Notes: generated from the sequence alone by a model not told the origin. Shown: positions 1 to 15,169, numbered from the stretch's first letter. The stretch is 64,000 nt of DNA from Eledone cirrhosa (GCA_964016885.1 OZ024747.1:58218001-58282000); one strand, 5' to 3'. Program-made: numbers and translations.

Positions 1-700
1 CGTTGACAGCACATAATCGAATGGATCACAGGCAATAACAGAACCAATTATTGATCTCGGTCTCCGATTCGTATTACACCAAGTGTATTTGTGATGAGGT
101 TGTGTTGGATTAAGATTCTCATAATAGAGAATGCATTACTAAAACAGATGCCTAATGAGACATCCATTTGTATTTAGTTAGGGATCGCCTTTCAGTCCAA
201 TCACTCATTTTTTTTTCAAGTGATCTGTGCCAACATGAACATTGAATTCGCCCATTAGGATATATGACACTGACTTAAGTACATCTAATGGAAGGGTCTG
301 TATTCAATCTCTCTGTTTAGCACATAAACTTGCACCGACCAGAGAGAACTTTCTTTCACCTTAAGATTCAAGAGGCAAATCCTACATCTCGATACAATCC
401 AGTCTATGACACATTCTGACAGACTGGGCTTGTGAATATCCACTTTGTGCTGTCATTTAAGGCTCCACACCGGAATAGTGACATTTCCATCCTCCATCTA
501 TATCTACAGTACCAGAATGACGAAACCTTGTTGAGGAAGATCCGATGATGCCTAGCTGATACCATCTGGCCTCCTCCGCTAGTCCTAGCTTTCCACTTGC
601 TAATAGTTAAACCTTGCCCTGCTTACTAACATATCTTGTGGCCGTATCACTTAATGCCACCTGCAGGCCGTTCTCTGACAGAACAGCTCTGCCGAGAATA
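1..700 (-). mobile_element. Degenerate non-LTR retrotransposon fragment (RTE-like APE endonuclease region)
   Basis: The minus strand reads 'HHKYTWCNTNRRPRSII' near 45-100, resembling the H-x-Y-T-W...S-x-I-D end of APE endonucleases. Many stops and frameshifts; the right boundary is approximate. Confidence 0.5.
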
Positions 701-830
701 TCAGCATTGTAACTAGTCTTAGATATTGATTATTATCAGGTTGTCAAAGATGACAATTATTGCAGATTTTAATATTAATCATAACGAAGATGATGACGAT
801 GAATATTAGGGAAAGGACACACCCACACAT

Positions 831-1664
<834 letters not shown>

Positions 1665-2661
1665 GAATATAAGTACGTATGGATGTTACTATGACTATCG
1701 GAGCAGCCAACAGCAACGACAGAATAGATTCAAATCTCATTGTATCATTAACATTTCACACCGGGTTTTGTTTTATCTTAATTTTTTTTTTATTAATTTT
1801 CTATTATTAATTTTTTCAATTTTTTGGCATGCTTTTAGTAATCTTATATTTATTCATTTATATATTTATTTATTGGGTGTTTGGTGCGTTACTGCAAAAG
1901 ATAATTACATATGAGGGCAAACAATTTCTGCGCAATCACATATTGTTTCCGAATTTAGCAGTATGAAAATAATAATAATATATGATTAATAATAAAAATA
2001 ATATTACCAGTGTTGGTGGGCCGCTGGTAAATAACTATCGCAATCAACAAACATTTAAGTATTGGAAAAGGTATGGAGAATATTTATGCCATTATTCTAT
2101 TTTTTTTTGTATTTATATATTTGTACATTTTTATGTTATATATTTGTTATTTAAAATAACCTTCCCCCAACACACGCAAACACACACGGACACACACAAA
2201 CGCACACACATACACACACACTCATCATTCATTCCATCGGTCTCATGCTCGGTTGCTTTCCAAAACAGATTCGAATTATTATCGCTCAAATGGATTTTCA
2301 TTATATGTTTCTATTCATTCGGATATTCTATATTGTTTTTGGTTCATACCTGTGCTTATTTTATTTCTATTGTTTTTCTTTGTTATTTTGGTTTTATTTT
2401 TATAGCAGGTAGATTTATTTTTAGTTTGTTTTTATAGATATATTTCTTTGGGTTATTTTTGTTTTATTTTTGTTAATTTCTATTATTTCCCATTGATTTA
2501 AAGATTTGTTCTGGTAGTGATGGACGTGGGAGGTTCCACTGTGGTGGGGTGTAATTTTCGTATATATTTTCTCTATATATTCTGTTTCATATTTTTCGTT
2601 TCTTTAGAATTTTCCATTTTACAACCATTTATTATATTTTCATTTGAGAGTGTAATGTATG

Positions 2662-2772
<111 letters not shown>

Positions 2773-3388
2773 CATATGTGTGTGTGTGTGTGTAAATATT
2801 TTAATACAAATGTATATATAAATACATACATATATACATAATTATATATATATATATTTCTAAATATATATATATATATGAAGTGTTTGTGTGTGTGTTA
2901 GGGTGTGTGTGTGTGAATATATACCGCGCGTGAATTTCTGTGTGTGTATGTACGTGAATGTATGTGTATTGCATGACCATCTATTTAGCAACGTTGTCAA
3001 ACTTTCTTAGGGTGTGTACACACATACATGCACAAACACAAACATTCTGACACTCACATACACACACCCATATATGTGCATGTGTATGTGCATGTCTATG
3101 TATACGCATGGATTCGGGTGTACATATTTGAGTAGCTGTCGAGAGTAAGCGACTGTTATATAAATATTATGTGTTTCAATTCTAGAATATAGAGTCAGTA
3201 TAAATGTTGAATTTTTCAAATTAAATGTAAAATACCCTAAAATTCAAGTTTTTAAAATCAATATAACATCCGTACATGAATAGACAAAACTTACCATTAT
3301 TGTCTCTATGGACATTTATTGGCAATTTTCTGAAATATCTCTTCATATATCTTTCAAGAAATCTCCCATTTGCACACACATATATATT

Positions 3389-3440
<52 letters not shown>

Positions 3441-3469
3441 CTCTCTCTCTATATATATATATATTATAT

Positions 3470-3571
<102 letters not shown>

Positions 3572-3590
3572 AAAGATTGAGTTTTATAAC

Positions 3591-3775
3591 TTTGTTTCTA
3601 TTTTTGGCACAAGGCTAGCAATTACTCCGATACATTACCGGTACTTTATATTATCGATCCTTTAACGATTAAAGGCAACGTTGACCACGGTGGAATTTGA
3701 ACTCAGAACGTAAAGGCTCATAACTCTATACTGCAAAGCATGTTGTCTGACGCTCTACCGATACTGCCGATCCTC
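3591..3775 (-). mobile_element. tRNA-derived SINE, family 1
   Basis: Matches the window-wide consensus ggcagtatcggtagagcgtc...gagttcaaat...gcctttcatccttacggggtcgataaaataaagtaccag...ggccttgtgccaaaa, with A/B-box-like head. Confidence 0.85.
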
Positions 3776-3799
3776 CGTCTTTGTATAGTAATAATACGT

Positions 3800-4030
3800 A
3801 TGTCTTAGTCTTAGATTCTTCCGCGCCGTTCGATGCATGGAACAGTAAGTACTCGCCAACGGTGACGATCAGCAGCAACTTTTTCGAGACCGTGCCAGGT
3901 GATGTTAGCTGCCATCAGGTCCTTCCGAACGTTCGGACAACCCCGCCTCCGTTTACCGCCAGGCGGAGTCCAGTTCATCGCTGTTTTCGAATGCCGTATG
4001 TACGAGGTATGCCTGAGTTAATTCATGTGT
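3800..4030 (-). mobile_element. RTE-like LINE 3' end
   Basis: The minus strand reads 'AMNWTPPGGKRRRG...ITW...AADRHRWR', the typical RTE C-terminus, followed by a short (GACTAA)n tail. Confidence 0.7.
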
Positions 4031-5125
4031 GACTCGCGTTTCGCGAATGATCAACTCTAGGTTTGATCTCCAATGTGTGATCACTATTAAAATTTGCTTA
4101 GTACAACCCAAATTACATAGTGGAATCTGAGCTTTGAGTACTTAATTTGGCGAACCAACATTTACTTGACGTTACAATTCCTAAAACATATATATATATA
4201 TATATTTATGTGTCTATTGTTGTATGTATGTGTTGTTGTATGTATTTGTGTGTGTATCTGTGTGTGTGTAGAGAGATATCTGTAAGTATGTAAAAGGAAA
4301 AATGGAAAACAGTGCTCAATTGAAGAGCTGATATGTTATATTACATATTTATCATACAATGAACAAACGCCCTACCTAAAGTTTCAAGGCCCAATAATGA
4401 GTATATCTCCAGAATGCAAGAGGGATCAAATTTGTGAATTATACGTGTTGATACGATACCGTTGAAGGTAATGCGTGCTGAAACGCTCGTTTACGAAAAA
4501 CGTATTATAAGAAAGGGAAATAACTCCAAAATGTAAATTAGAAATAGCGAAATCGTAAACGTGTTAGTATTCGAGAGCTATAGTAGACGTATGCATGCAG
4601 TTATGTGGTGGTATTTAATATACCAATAGAAATATCTATTAAGATTTGAAGTAAAGTAGTATAGGAGGTGTATTGTATTAGGGATGTGTGGAAGAATGGC
4701 AAAATTAATAAACACTAGTAAATATTATATAGCTTGTACGAATTTATATTTTATATATATATATATAAATGGAAGGTTAGTAAAATCGAAGTTATGGTGA
4801 TGGCCAAGCTAACAATTTATAATTAGGTTTGCGCAAAGCACTCGATAAGGACGTATCACGTTTGAGTAATTAACATACGTTTCGAAAATTGCGGCACGTA
4901 GGCAAGATGGTTGCTGATATTTTTCTTCTTCTGAAGACGTTGCTTCAATGTTACTATTCGGGTCTCGGTTGATATTAATATGGATTTTAGACACCGGTCT
5001 CTTTCCTTGAGTGAGAAGTATAGACTATCCACATCACCATTGATGTTAAATTTTCCAGTGACACTGAGAAGGTTGCAAGTTCTTACATGTACATATACAT
5101 GTCTGTATGTATGTACATATATATA

Positions 5126-5196
<71 letters not shown>

Positions 5197-5829
5197 ATGT
5201 ATGAATGTATATATGTATGTGTGCATGTGTCTGCTTGTGTATATGTGTGTCTGTGTATATATTTGACCGTACCTACCAACTTGTTATGGATGTGTTTTTT
5301 CGTATTAAATATGTCTTGAGAATTTATATTGAATTTATTTGCAGTTATTTGTGTGTTTCTGACTGGATTGTCTGCGAATGTACCTGTGACCACATTCCTT
5401 TGTTGTTGATATTTACGTGTTCTATCAATGTATCACAGTCGCAGACCTTATTAAAGAAATTCGTGTTTATGTGTGTGCGCATTGACGTGTCTATGATTTC
5501 ATTTGTACCCGTGATTGTTCATTTGTCTACACACGCCTTACTTTTTAATATCTTTTGCGGCACCAATTTAAAATTAGATTTCGCATTCATGAAATAAGAA
5601 GTAATATAGTTTGGTCTTGAGGGATTGAGTCGAAGACAATTACTAGGCAAAGTTTTATGAGTACATTGTCAGGTGCGTATTTGTGATAGGCTACAGTATT
5701 TCTGAATGCTAAACCAAAAACAGAAAATCACAACTATATTTGGGCATCGATGATGTAAGCATTATTCTCAAATTTAAGTTTAACGTATTGTCAATTTTCT
5801 TCCAGAAATGTTTTCCTTTATATATATAT

Positions 5830-6020
5830 ATTAGAGCAAACATCACGGGCGCTCTATCTCAAAATTGTTTTTGAAAAGCATTAGAAATGCGCAACCGGTA
5901 ATACTTAAAACCAAAACTGAATACTAACCAATACTATTACTAATTTTTACTTATTCCTAATTAAACTATTTTTTCACTGGGAACAATTTGTCAGCATTTT
6001 CTTTTCCGTTTACCAATATA
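5830..6020 (-). repeat. Interspersed non-coding repeat; inverted homologue at ~15510-15685
   Basis: agagcaaacatcacgggcgctctatctcaaaatt... is the reverse complement of ...aattttgagatagagcgtccgtgatgtttgctct at 15650-15682. Both copies abut (TA)n. Confidence 0.75.
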
Positions 6021-6464
6021 TATATATATATATATATATATACAAGTATGTATGTATGTATACGTGCATACATATATGTATACAGACGTACAGTAGTATA
6101 TATATATATATATACATACATGCACAAATATATACATGCACGTATCGGTTTACCGAACATTTATTATAATGCTCGGTTTGTTTGTAAACAAACAAACGGC
6201 TCGGATTACGCTGTACAGTGTTTAGGCAACCACGTCACCTTTTTGTTCAACACTGACACAGGAACGTTGTACTAGTTTCAAGCTTATTAGCTATCGTGAG
6301 CATCGTATACCTTCCTGCCAGATGGGTGAACGTCTGAAAGTATATACTTTCCTTATGCATATTAACGGCTAAGCACATATATGTATGTACCTACACATAC
6401 ATACTTGCATTTAAGTAACTGCCGTACTAAGAGTGAGAAATGAAATTTCGTTTCATTCTATTCC

Positions 6465-6541
<77 letters not shown>

Positions 6542-6779
6542 GTGTTTTCGGTATGCTTTTTTCCATATTATTTCCTTTTTCCCTCCTGTTATAAATAACT
6601 TCCTGTCTTGATATACTGGAGCTAAATATTTTATATTTAATGCGTAGAAATATCCGTGGTCTCCAGGAGACAATTAACGAAGGGAAACGTCCCCTGTTCG
6701 TGCCTTCTTCCTATTTGTAAATACACTTTATCCATCAAGTACACAGCCTCTGTTTATATATATATAGTAATAATAATAA

Positions 6780-6929
6780 ATTTGAAGACTGAAATCCAAA
6801 GACGGCTCGATAAGGCTAAATATATATCAGATATTTAAGTACAGTAGAGCAAATATTTATTAAAATAACAGATTAAAGTTTAAGCAAAGAATCGGTGCTT
6901 TCGTCATAAACGGGATCTTCTGAAATTCA

Positions 6930-6930
<1 letters not shown>
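6780..6930. repeat. (TA)n-flanked non-coding repeat, family A; second copy at ~17350-17570
   Basis: Both copies share ggctcgataagg...gtagagcaaatattt...aaagtttaa...gctttc...acgggatctt. Confidence 0.7.
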
Positions 6931-6995
<65 letters not shown>

Positions 6996-7069
6996 ATATA
7001 TATATATATGTGTATATATATATATATTTTATATATATATATATATATAATTTGTCTATCTCCTCTGAT

Positions 7070-7513
7070 ACAGCATTCACGAAAGGTTGTAACTGTAGAA
7101 ACAAAGCAAATTGCCCATTAAAAGGAAATTGCCTTATTAATAACATAGTATATAAATGTAAAATTAACACTAAGGACTCAACTTATTCATATATAGGAGC
7201 TACTTCTAACCATTTTAAAGTAAGATTTAATACCCACAAACATAGTTTTTAAAATGCCGCATTACCTAATACAACATCCTTAGTTGAAATACTTAATAAT
7301 TATAGAAAAAGGAATATAGATTATAACCTGACCTGGAGTGTGCTCAAAAGGGCCACCCCTTATCAAAATAATAGATATGAATGTAAATTATGTTCCCAGG
7401 AACTTTTTGAAATAATGAAATCTAAGGATATCCTATTAAATAAGCGATAGGAATTAATTATATCATGAAATCTTCAATTGAGAAGAACTTTTAAATATTA
7501 TAAACCTAATTAA
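7070..7513 (+). pseudogene. GIY-YIG endonuclease domain with CxC-x5-C zinc-finger linker (PLE), three in-frame stops
   Basis: One frame with TAA at 7250, TAG at 7448 and TGA at 7466; terminal TAA at 7511-7513. Confidence 0.8.
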
Positions 7514-8256
7514 TATACACTTTACAAATTATTATAATAACATTTTTTTAAAATTAGTTAACCTATAATTAATATTCTACTACTAATGAACTGCATAATT
7601 TTATTTCCCTTTTAAAGGTATTTTTTCCTAAAATTTATAGCAATAAGTATACATATAAACAATTTTAATTTCAGGTTATGAATCTATATTCCTTATAATC
7701 TATATAAATTTGTTATTTCTCACTAATAAATTTAAGCCCCCCCCCCCCCCCCCCCAGCAATTATTATTATTTTTTTTTATTTTCCCTTCGTTTTTAACAG
7801 CACTCTTCAATTACATCTAACTCTTATTTATCATATCTATATGAATTAATATAAATTCATCAATATAAATATACCTATCAATTTAATTAATTTATTTTAT
7901 TTTTATAGATGTAAATTCCTTATATTTTGAATAAGATTGATATTTTTCACTAACACATTTATCGTAAAATTTTATTTTCCTTAGATATTTACATTAGCAT
8001 TATTCTTTTATAACATCAATTTTTCGTGTACCTTTTACCGACTTGACCTATTTTCATCCCCAAAATAATCTTTTCATTCATTATACTCTTTCCATTCAAA
8101 ACTGAAATCAGCTTTCCTCTACCCCTAAATTAAAGTTCTATTACTACTATTCTACCATCTTGAACACTTACTACCTTTCTATTGGTCAATTCAAAACGTG
8201 TTCCCAAACAGACCTATTATATTAAATCTTTGTTGTTTTTTTTCAATAAACAAATA

Positions 8257-8394
8257 TCATTATTTCTGAAGACAGCATATATATGTGTAGGTATGTATAT
8301 TCCCTCTGATAGTTTGTAAACATTTTACATAGATCTATATGATATACATACCAACACACACATATATATCCTAGAAACGATCGTAAAATGATGA
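8257..8394 (+). ncRNA. Type-I hammerhead ribozyme motif with ~100-nt helix II
   Basis: TCATTATTT-CTGAAGA(8266)...GAAA(8374)-CGATCG-TA-AAATGATGA. Helix I is 9 bp with one G-U. Helix II pairs atatatatgtgt with acacatatatat; its base is mismatched. Confidence 0.65.
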
Positions 8395-8445
8395 ATTTTT
8401 TAATATAAGGAACTATTTCTTTGTTTTTATTCATTATTTTTATTA

Positions 8446-8481
<36 letters not shown>

Positions 8482-8484
<3 letters not shown>

Positions 8485-8758
8485 ATTAACAAATGGAAAC
8501 TATATTTATAAAACCATATTTATTTCATTATACATATTTCAAGGATACCATGTTAAATTATGGTATGCCTTCATCAGCCAAAATACAATATATACCAGTT
8601 TTATAAATAAACATTGACGTACCCTTTCAAAATGGAACCGTTACTTTTGGAAGACATCAGGATAGATAGTATATTTACTCCAAATACTTGTTGACTGCTT
8701 TATATCAGTTATAAAAATATTTGCTTGTTGTATCCCAACAATTTAAATAGAACTTTTG
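8482..8758 (-). mobile_element. Non-coding HHR element, family B (HHR 8521-8585)
   Basis: Minus strand: tattttgg-CTGATGA-aggcataccat..atggtatcctt-GAAA-tatgta-TA-atgaaata. (TA)n on both sides. Confidence 0.7.
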
Positions 8759-8826
8759 CATATATATATATATACATATATTTATATACATGTATATATA
8801 TATATATATATATGTGTATATATATA

Positions 8827-8920
<94 letters not shown>

Positions 8921-8924
8921 TGTG

Positions 8925-9095
8925 TGTATGTAAAAGGTAAACAGAAATAACAACACAACTGGTACAGTATATGGAAGGAATATTTTAGGTTAACGCTTAA
9001 AATACGAGAAAGAGAGTTTTAGGGTTTCGGACGCTAGTCCTTCATCAGGAGAAAGAATAAGAAATTAGATAGATTGAAGGGACATTCATGTTGCC

Positions 9096-9098
<3 letters not shown>
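8925..9098 (-). mobile_element. Non-coding element, family C, with HHR-like core (9025-9048)
   Basis: Minus strand: CTGATGA-A-GGAC-tagc-GTCC-GAAA. Helix I not recovered. Homologue at ~63305-63460. Confidence 0.55.
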
Positions 9099-9143
<45 letters not shown>

Positions 9144-10739
9144 AACTCTCCTTTTGTTTCTCAAACCCCACGGGGGATGCCATGTTTATTTATATATCTG
9201 GCTGAATGAGTTGGGGTAAATAACCCAACAAATCATGTTACAGATATATATGTATACGTATGTGTGTGTTTGTATTTGTGTTGTGTGTGTCTGTGTGTGT
9301 GCATATGTGTGTGTGTCTGCCTATGTGCGTGTTTATGTCTGACTGTGTGCGTATATGTGTGTGTATTTGTGTTTACGGAGTTATATTAGTAAACAGAAAG
9401 CTTAAGGAGATCGTTATATAAGAGAGTAATTAGGTATTGTGACATCTTAGGTAGCTGTCATTTTCATATATACTCCCACGCAGTATATATGGTAAGTGAG
9501 TGAAATATAGGACATGTTAACCTTTTTGAAGCTCTTTGGGTGGAATTAGCTGTCATTCTAAATTCCAACGCCCTCATACAATATATCACTTTGAATCTCT
9601 CTTAGTATTGCTTGAAAGGGGTATACTTAATAGTAGTTTGATCAGACACATGAATGTTAATTTCCGGAGAAGGAAGTTCCGTTGATCAAACAAGTAAAAC
9701 AATCCTCGTCGAATGTGGTTAAAATCCATTCCATAAATTCAGGACTCAGTTTAGGTATGTGTGTACTTTTACTGTATTAGATTTTATTATCATCTCATCT
9801 AGATTCCGTGTGAAACTGCTGACATTCATATTTGACTTCACTTTTTCCATAGCCTTTCGATAATTTAATCTCTTAATAGAAATCGTAAATTAGAATCACA
9901 TTTACATATATTAGCTTGGAATTGTAACTATAGTGAGTAGTACAGGTATTATACAATCTTGAATATCTTGCTATTCTATTCGAAATACAATTATATAAAT
10001 CTCAATTGTGTTTCAGCTAGATAAGCAATTTCTACTTATATGGAATGTTTGGATATATGTCCAATCGATTCAATAGACAATATTTTGCATGAAGTAACCA
10101 CACTTATAGATAAATGAACGAGGTATGTTAAGCTTCCCCAAATTCATGCTAAATAAATCGATTGCCAATGAAGGTGCCTTTACACATCCAGTCGTGTTAG
10201 TAGAAATATGACCAAAGAGACGCTTAACCATTTCCTAAGTGCATTTTTAATGACATATTCTATTTCAATTAATTAATAAAGAAATTTGAGGAGGTTATTA
10301 AAGTTATTAGTTATTTCATTACTAAGATAGTAATTTAACGTATATTTACCACGATTGTGGCAGTTACAAGACGTCCAGACATTTGGCCATCTTCAAGACT
10401 ATTTTCCCCTCCTAAATTCAACTGCGTACGTTTGCACTGTTGATAAAGCTGGAACATCATCTCCTAATGCCAGCATATATGTCCTTGTCGCTGGTACCGT
10501 TTTCTGCGTCTAATTATAACACTACAATGCCTAATTGTGTCCATTATCAAGATAATTCCCTACTTGGTACATTTGAAGTCACCTTTTAACAGTCAGTTGT
10601 CAGTTTACCAGGTATTTATATAAAATATTAAAATAATTGCATGCAAGATTTCACAGCCATAGCATTACTCCTTCATAGTCAGCCTATGAACTTTTCATAC
10701 ACCCTTCTATAATCATACATACAGAGGAAGGATCAGATA

Positions 10740-11035
10740 TTGCAATAGCCTGGGATCCAAATGCCCTCAAGTATTCAATAAGCTGTCCAGAAATTTGAGA
10801 GATCTGTATGTTGTTGACGTGGATGTTTTCAAGAAGCATATTGACACTCTGCTATCCAGGATTCCATATGAGACCACAGCACGGAAAGAATGTAACCTGA
10901 GGGCAGCAGGAAATAACTCTCATCTACACCAATGGCCAGCCAAACAGGCTGGATATTGAACGTTCAGCAACAAAGGTGGTGCCCAGCATGCCCTCAGCCA
11001 TGGTTTGAACATGTAAAAGAGTAAAAGAGTATAAG
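10740..11035 (+). mobile_element. CR1/L2-like LINE 3' fragment
   Basis: Reads 'FNKLSRNLRDLYVVDVDVFKKHIDTLLSRIPYE...RAAGNNS', resembling the FN-LP...FK--LD--L--IPD-P...RAA-SNS C-terminus, followed by a short repeat tail. Confidence 0.6.
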
Positions 11036-11055
11036 TATATATGTATGTATATAAT

Positions 11056-11119
<64 letters not shown>

Positions 11120-11354
11120 TGTGTATGGGTGTGTGTGTGTGTGTGCGTATGTGTGTGTGTTATTGTATGCATGCATGTGTGCATATATTTATATATATTC
11201 GTATGAATATTTACGTAAAATATGCGTATATATTCATTTGACTGGATGAATGTGTATGTATTACGTTCCCGTATGATTGGATCCGAGGCTCCGAATACAC
11301 TTGTATTTTCTTATACGCAAAGAAAATATCATAAACACAAATGTATGTAAGTAA

Positions 11355-11385
<31 letters not shown>

Positions 11386-12337
11386 AAGAACGTGGTTACG
11401 ATTACTGAGAAGATAAAAATTAAAATGGTATCCACGTGAAGAACTAAGAGCGAAGTTAAGTTGGCAGGCTCTGTATAGAAATGTGTGACATATGTCAATA
11501 TAATATGTTTGAAACCAGAAACCTATTCTTTTACTCCGAGATACTATTTTGGTTGATTTTTTTTCCATTAAATTCTTCAGCGATGATTCCATTATATATA
11601 TGTCTATCACCAGTAGAACGTGAATGAGGAAGACTTGCTATCATATATATAAAAATTATAAAAATTATAAACAAAACATGTACAGATTTTTACTACACGC
11701 TTTCGTGTACAAGTGATAATTCGTCAGAATGCTATTGTGTTTTATTTTGATATATATTTTCCTATATTTTGTTAGTTTCATCGTTACGATAAAAAAAAGA
11801 GAAAAAATATATGAAATCTTAATTCACGTAATGTAGGTGTGACTCAAAATTTTTAAAGCAAAATAATGAATAAATATGTATGTAAATATTTCCTAATAAC
11901 AAACAATTCTTTTTTTATGCTGATCAGACTCAGGTCCGTCCTATTTCAGTAAACCAATAATAACCTGCATTCAAATGCTGGTCATCTTGATGGCAAATTG
12001 TCATATGAGTCAGATATTTAACTTTAGCTCGTATGAGACTACCCGAATCGATGCCCATCTACATGTGATGGGGTTGAGGGATGTAGAGGTGTACATCATA
12101 TTCAATAGGTTCTTGCTTTATTTTAATGTATTTAACGTGTCTAAACCAATTGCTATTTAATCAGGAATATAGCGAAAGACCAGGTGCAAATTTAAAGTCG
12201 CAAATATGAAATAGATGTTCCAATACCATATGGATTTTGTCATCTCGCTCCTTTGAGAATTAAAATAGAACAGAAATTAGTTTTTCTTTGGTTACATACA
12301 CAAAAATAAAATTTATAATTCACTTAAATTTGATGAC

Positions 12338-12378
<41 letters not shown>

Positions 12379-12687
12379 ATACTTTGGGAGGGTCATGTTG
12401 CCAATAAGAAACACACGCACCAGTTGCTTTCACTTCAATTTATTATATATTTATAAATTTATAAATTTACAAATCTACAAACTTATAAATTTCTGGTTGG
12501 TTGGTTGGTTCCACAACCAGATAGTTGTTTATATATAGTCATAGTCCTTTCGTCACACACTCTGTGACCTCTTCAGTGACTGGGGATTCCTTTCTTTGCT
12601 TCTGTGCCTTTCCTTTCTTCTGTCCTACGCCATTTTGTTTCTGTGTGTGTGTTGTGTGCTCAGTTTGCGCATGCGTCACATCCGGGT

Positions 12688-14288
12688 GAAATGCGTAGAA
12701 ATGATCAGCGAGAGCAAGGTTGAGTTCCGTGGGATTGATACCAGTGAGCTGGGACTTCTACTTAAGCTTACCCATAGTAATAGTTACCTAGACACTTATG
12801 ACCTTAGCAACCTGTGCCCTACAAGACCAGCAAGAGACAGACCACCTACCATTACCTCAATGGCCAAGAAAACCCACACAGATAGATGGAACGGGTGGAC
12901 CAGAGCCATACGGACACCCGAAAACCACGATGAACTGAAGAAAATGATTGCACATGCGGTAGGGGCCAGCATAAAATTAACCCTTAAGGAACATATGTTC
13001 AAATTTAATGGAAAAACATATGCCCAAGAGGAAGGAGCAGCCATTGGTGTTAGCATTGCAGGCGACATAGCTAAGTTATTCATGGTATGGTGGGACAGTA
13101 GACTTAAACTTAAACTTAAAGAACAATTAGAAGACAGCTTAACCCTGATAATGTACTCCCGCTACGTAGATGATATAAACATCGTAGTTAAGACACCCCC
13201 ACTAGAGAACAGTCAGGAACTAGAGAAAAACACAATGGAAAGCATCCAGCAAATAGCAAACTCCATCCACCAGAGCATTAGAGTTACTATAGACTACCCA
13301 AGTAGACACCCCAACCATCGATTACCTGTACTAGACACAGAGCTCTGGTTAGATACCATTAACAACCAAAAATAAATCCTCCATTCCCATTATGCCAAAC
13401 CCATGACTTCCAAACATCTGATCCACCGAAACTCGGCCATTTCGGACCATACCAAAATCAACATACTGATTGCGGATTTGGTACGGGTGATGAGAAATGT
13501 GTCCCGCATGTGCAACCCCGAAGAACTAGAGAGACACATACAACACTTCATCCACCGTATGCAGTTCTCTGGCTACAATCAGAGAGATAGAATCAGAGTG
13601 TATAGAGGAGCCAGAACCAAATGGGAAAAAATGGTAAATAATGACATAAATGGGACCTGCCCCTTGTATAGGAGCAAATTTTGGAATAGAATAGAAAGAA
13701 CTAGGAACAAGGCCAAGAGAATAAACTCATGGTATGATAGCAATAAATACCAGAGTGTAATGTTCATCAATACAACCCCTAGAGGCGAACTAGCCTACAA
13801 ATTTAGAAGGGCCCTAAATAAACATAAACTCAATATTAAGATAGTAGAAAGACCAGGTACCTCCGTAAAAACACTTATTAGCAAGACATACCCGTTCCAA
13901 AGACCCTCATGTATAGATAAGAAATGTATAACCTGTAAAATAAGCCCCCAATATTAACTGTAAAACTAGAAATGTAGTGTATAGCATAAGATGTACTGAA
14001 GGACAATGTAGAAACAAAAATATAGTGTACATAGGTGAGACAGCTCGTAGTATAGGGGAACGGATAAATGAAGACTGGCGAGACCTTCAAGATAATAAAG
14101 AATCATCTGTACTCTACCAACATGCTAAGATAGAACACAAGGGTAAATTAGAGAACATAGAAATAAAAATAGAATCCACACACAGAAAAGATGCAATGTT
14201 TAGGCAAATTACAGAGGCAGTAAGCATAAAAGAATTACAACCAAAATTAAATAGAAAATATGAGTGGAACAGCAACATCACAACTTAG
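12688..14288 (+). pseudogene. PLE reverse transcriptase-GIY-YIG polyprotein (cysteine-linker type, Nematis/Neptune-like), truncated
   Basis: Motifs: QEEGAAIG, RYVDD, LPVLD, HYAKPM, linker C..KCITC..C, VYSIRC, YIGETARS..ER, RQITEA, LNRKYEW. In-frame TAA at 13373 and a frameshift at ~13950. Confidence 0.9.
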
Positions 14289-14498
14289 AATTAAGGACAA
14301 AATGAAAACACACACACACATAGAACAAACAACCAACCAACAACATGTAAATAAATAAACAAATAGATAAATGAACACAAACACACACAGAGACCCGGAT
14401 GTGGCGCATGCGCAAACTGAGCACACAACACACACACAGAAACAAAATAGCGTAGGACAGAAGAAAGGAAAGGCACAGAAACAAAGAAAGGAATTCCC

Positions 14499-14543
14499 AG
14501 TGACTGAAGAGGTCACAGAGTGTGTGACGAAAGGACTATGACT
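14499..14543 (+). ncRNA. Hammerhead-like motif in the PLE pLTR (mirror copy at 12537-12581, minus strand)
   Basis: CTGAAGA-G-GTCACA-gagtg-TGTGAC-GAAA-GGAC-TA-TGACT. Helix I agtga/tgact has one mismatch. Confidence 0.55.
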
Positions 14544-14765
14544 ATATATAAACAACTATCTGGTTGTGGAACCAACCAACCAACCAGAAATTTATAAGTT
14601 TGTAGATTTGTAAATTTATAAATTTATAAATATATAATAAATTGAAGTGAAAGCAACTGGTGGGTGTGTTTCTTATTGGCAACATGACCCTCCCAAAGTA
14701 TAACAATATCGGTTTCAACACACGATTTCAGATAAAGAATCTTGCTAAACAAATTCAGAAACGAA

Positions 14766-14896
<131 letters not shown>

Positions 14897-14944
14897 TATA
14901 TATATGCATATATATATATATATATATATATATGCATATATATA

Positions 14945-15007
<63 letters not shown>

Positions 15008-15108
15008 GTATATATATGTATATGTATATATATATATGTATAAGCATATATGTATATGTATATATATATACATATATATATATACATATGTCACTTAAAT
15101 TTGATGAC

Positions 15109-15167
<59 letters not shown>

Positions 15168-15169
<2 letters not shown>

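Larger units (their letters stand above)
7050..8448 (+). mobile_element. 5'-truncated Penelope-like element, Naiad-like (GIY-YIG C-terminus, AT-rich 3' UTR and HHR), between (TA)n tracts
   Basis: Reads [36 protein letters not shown], then in the same frame CKLC..E..I..LLNKR. HHR at 8257-8394. Confidence 0.8.

Noticed and set aside
3720-3775. tRNA genes
   Set aside because: The A/B-box-like segments are SINE heads fused to SINE bodies; no full cloverleaf.
4870-4955. CTGAAGA (plus) and CAGAAGA...GAAACGTA (minus)
   Set aside because: No complete hammerhead fold on either strand.
11690-11735. CTGACGA...GAAA on the minus strand
   Set aside because: Helices I and II do not pair convincingly; at best heavily decayed, so it was not counted.
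12596-12687. Hydrophobic signal-peptide-like N-terminus of the RT ORF
   Set aside because: It is read-through of the inverted 3' UTR copy, not part of the original protein.
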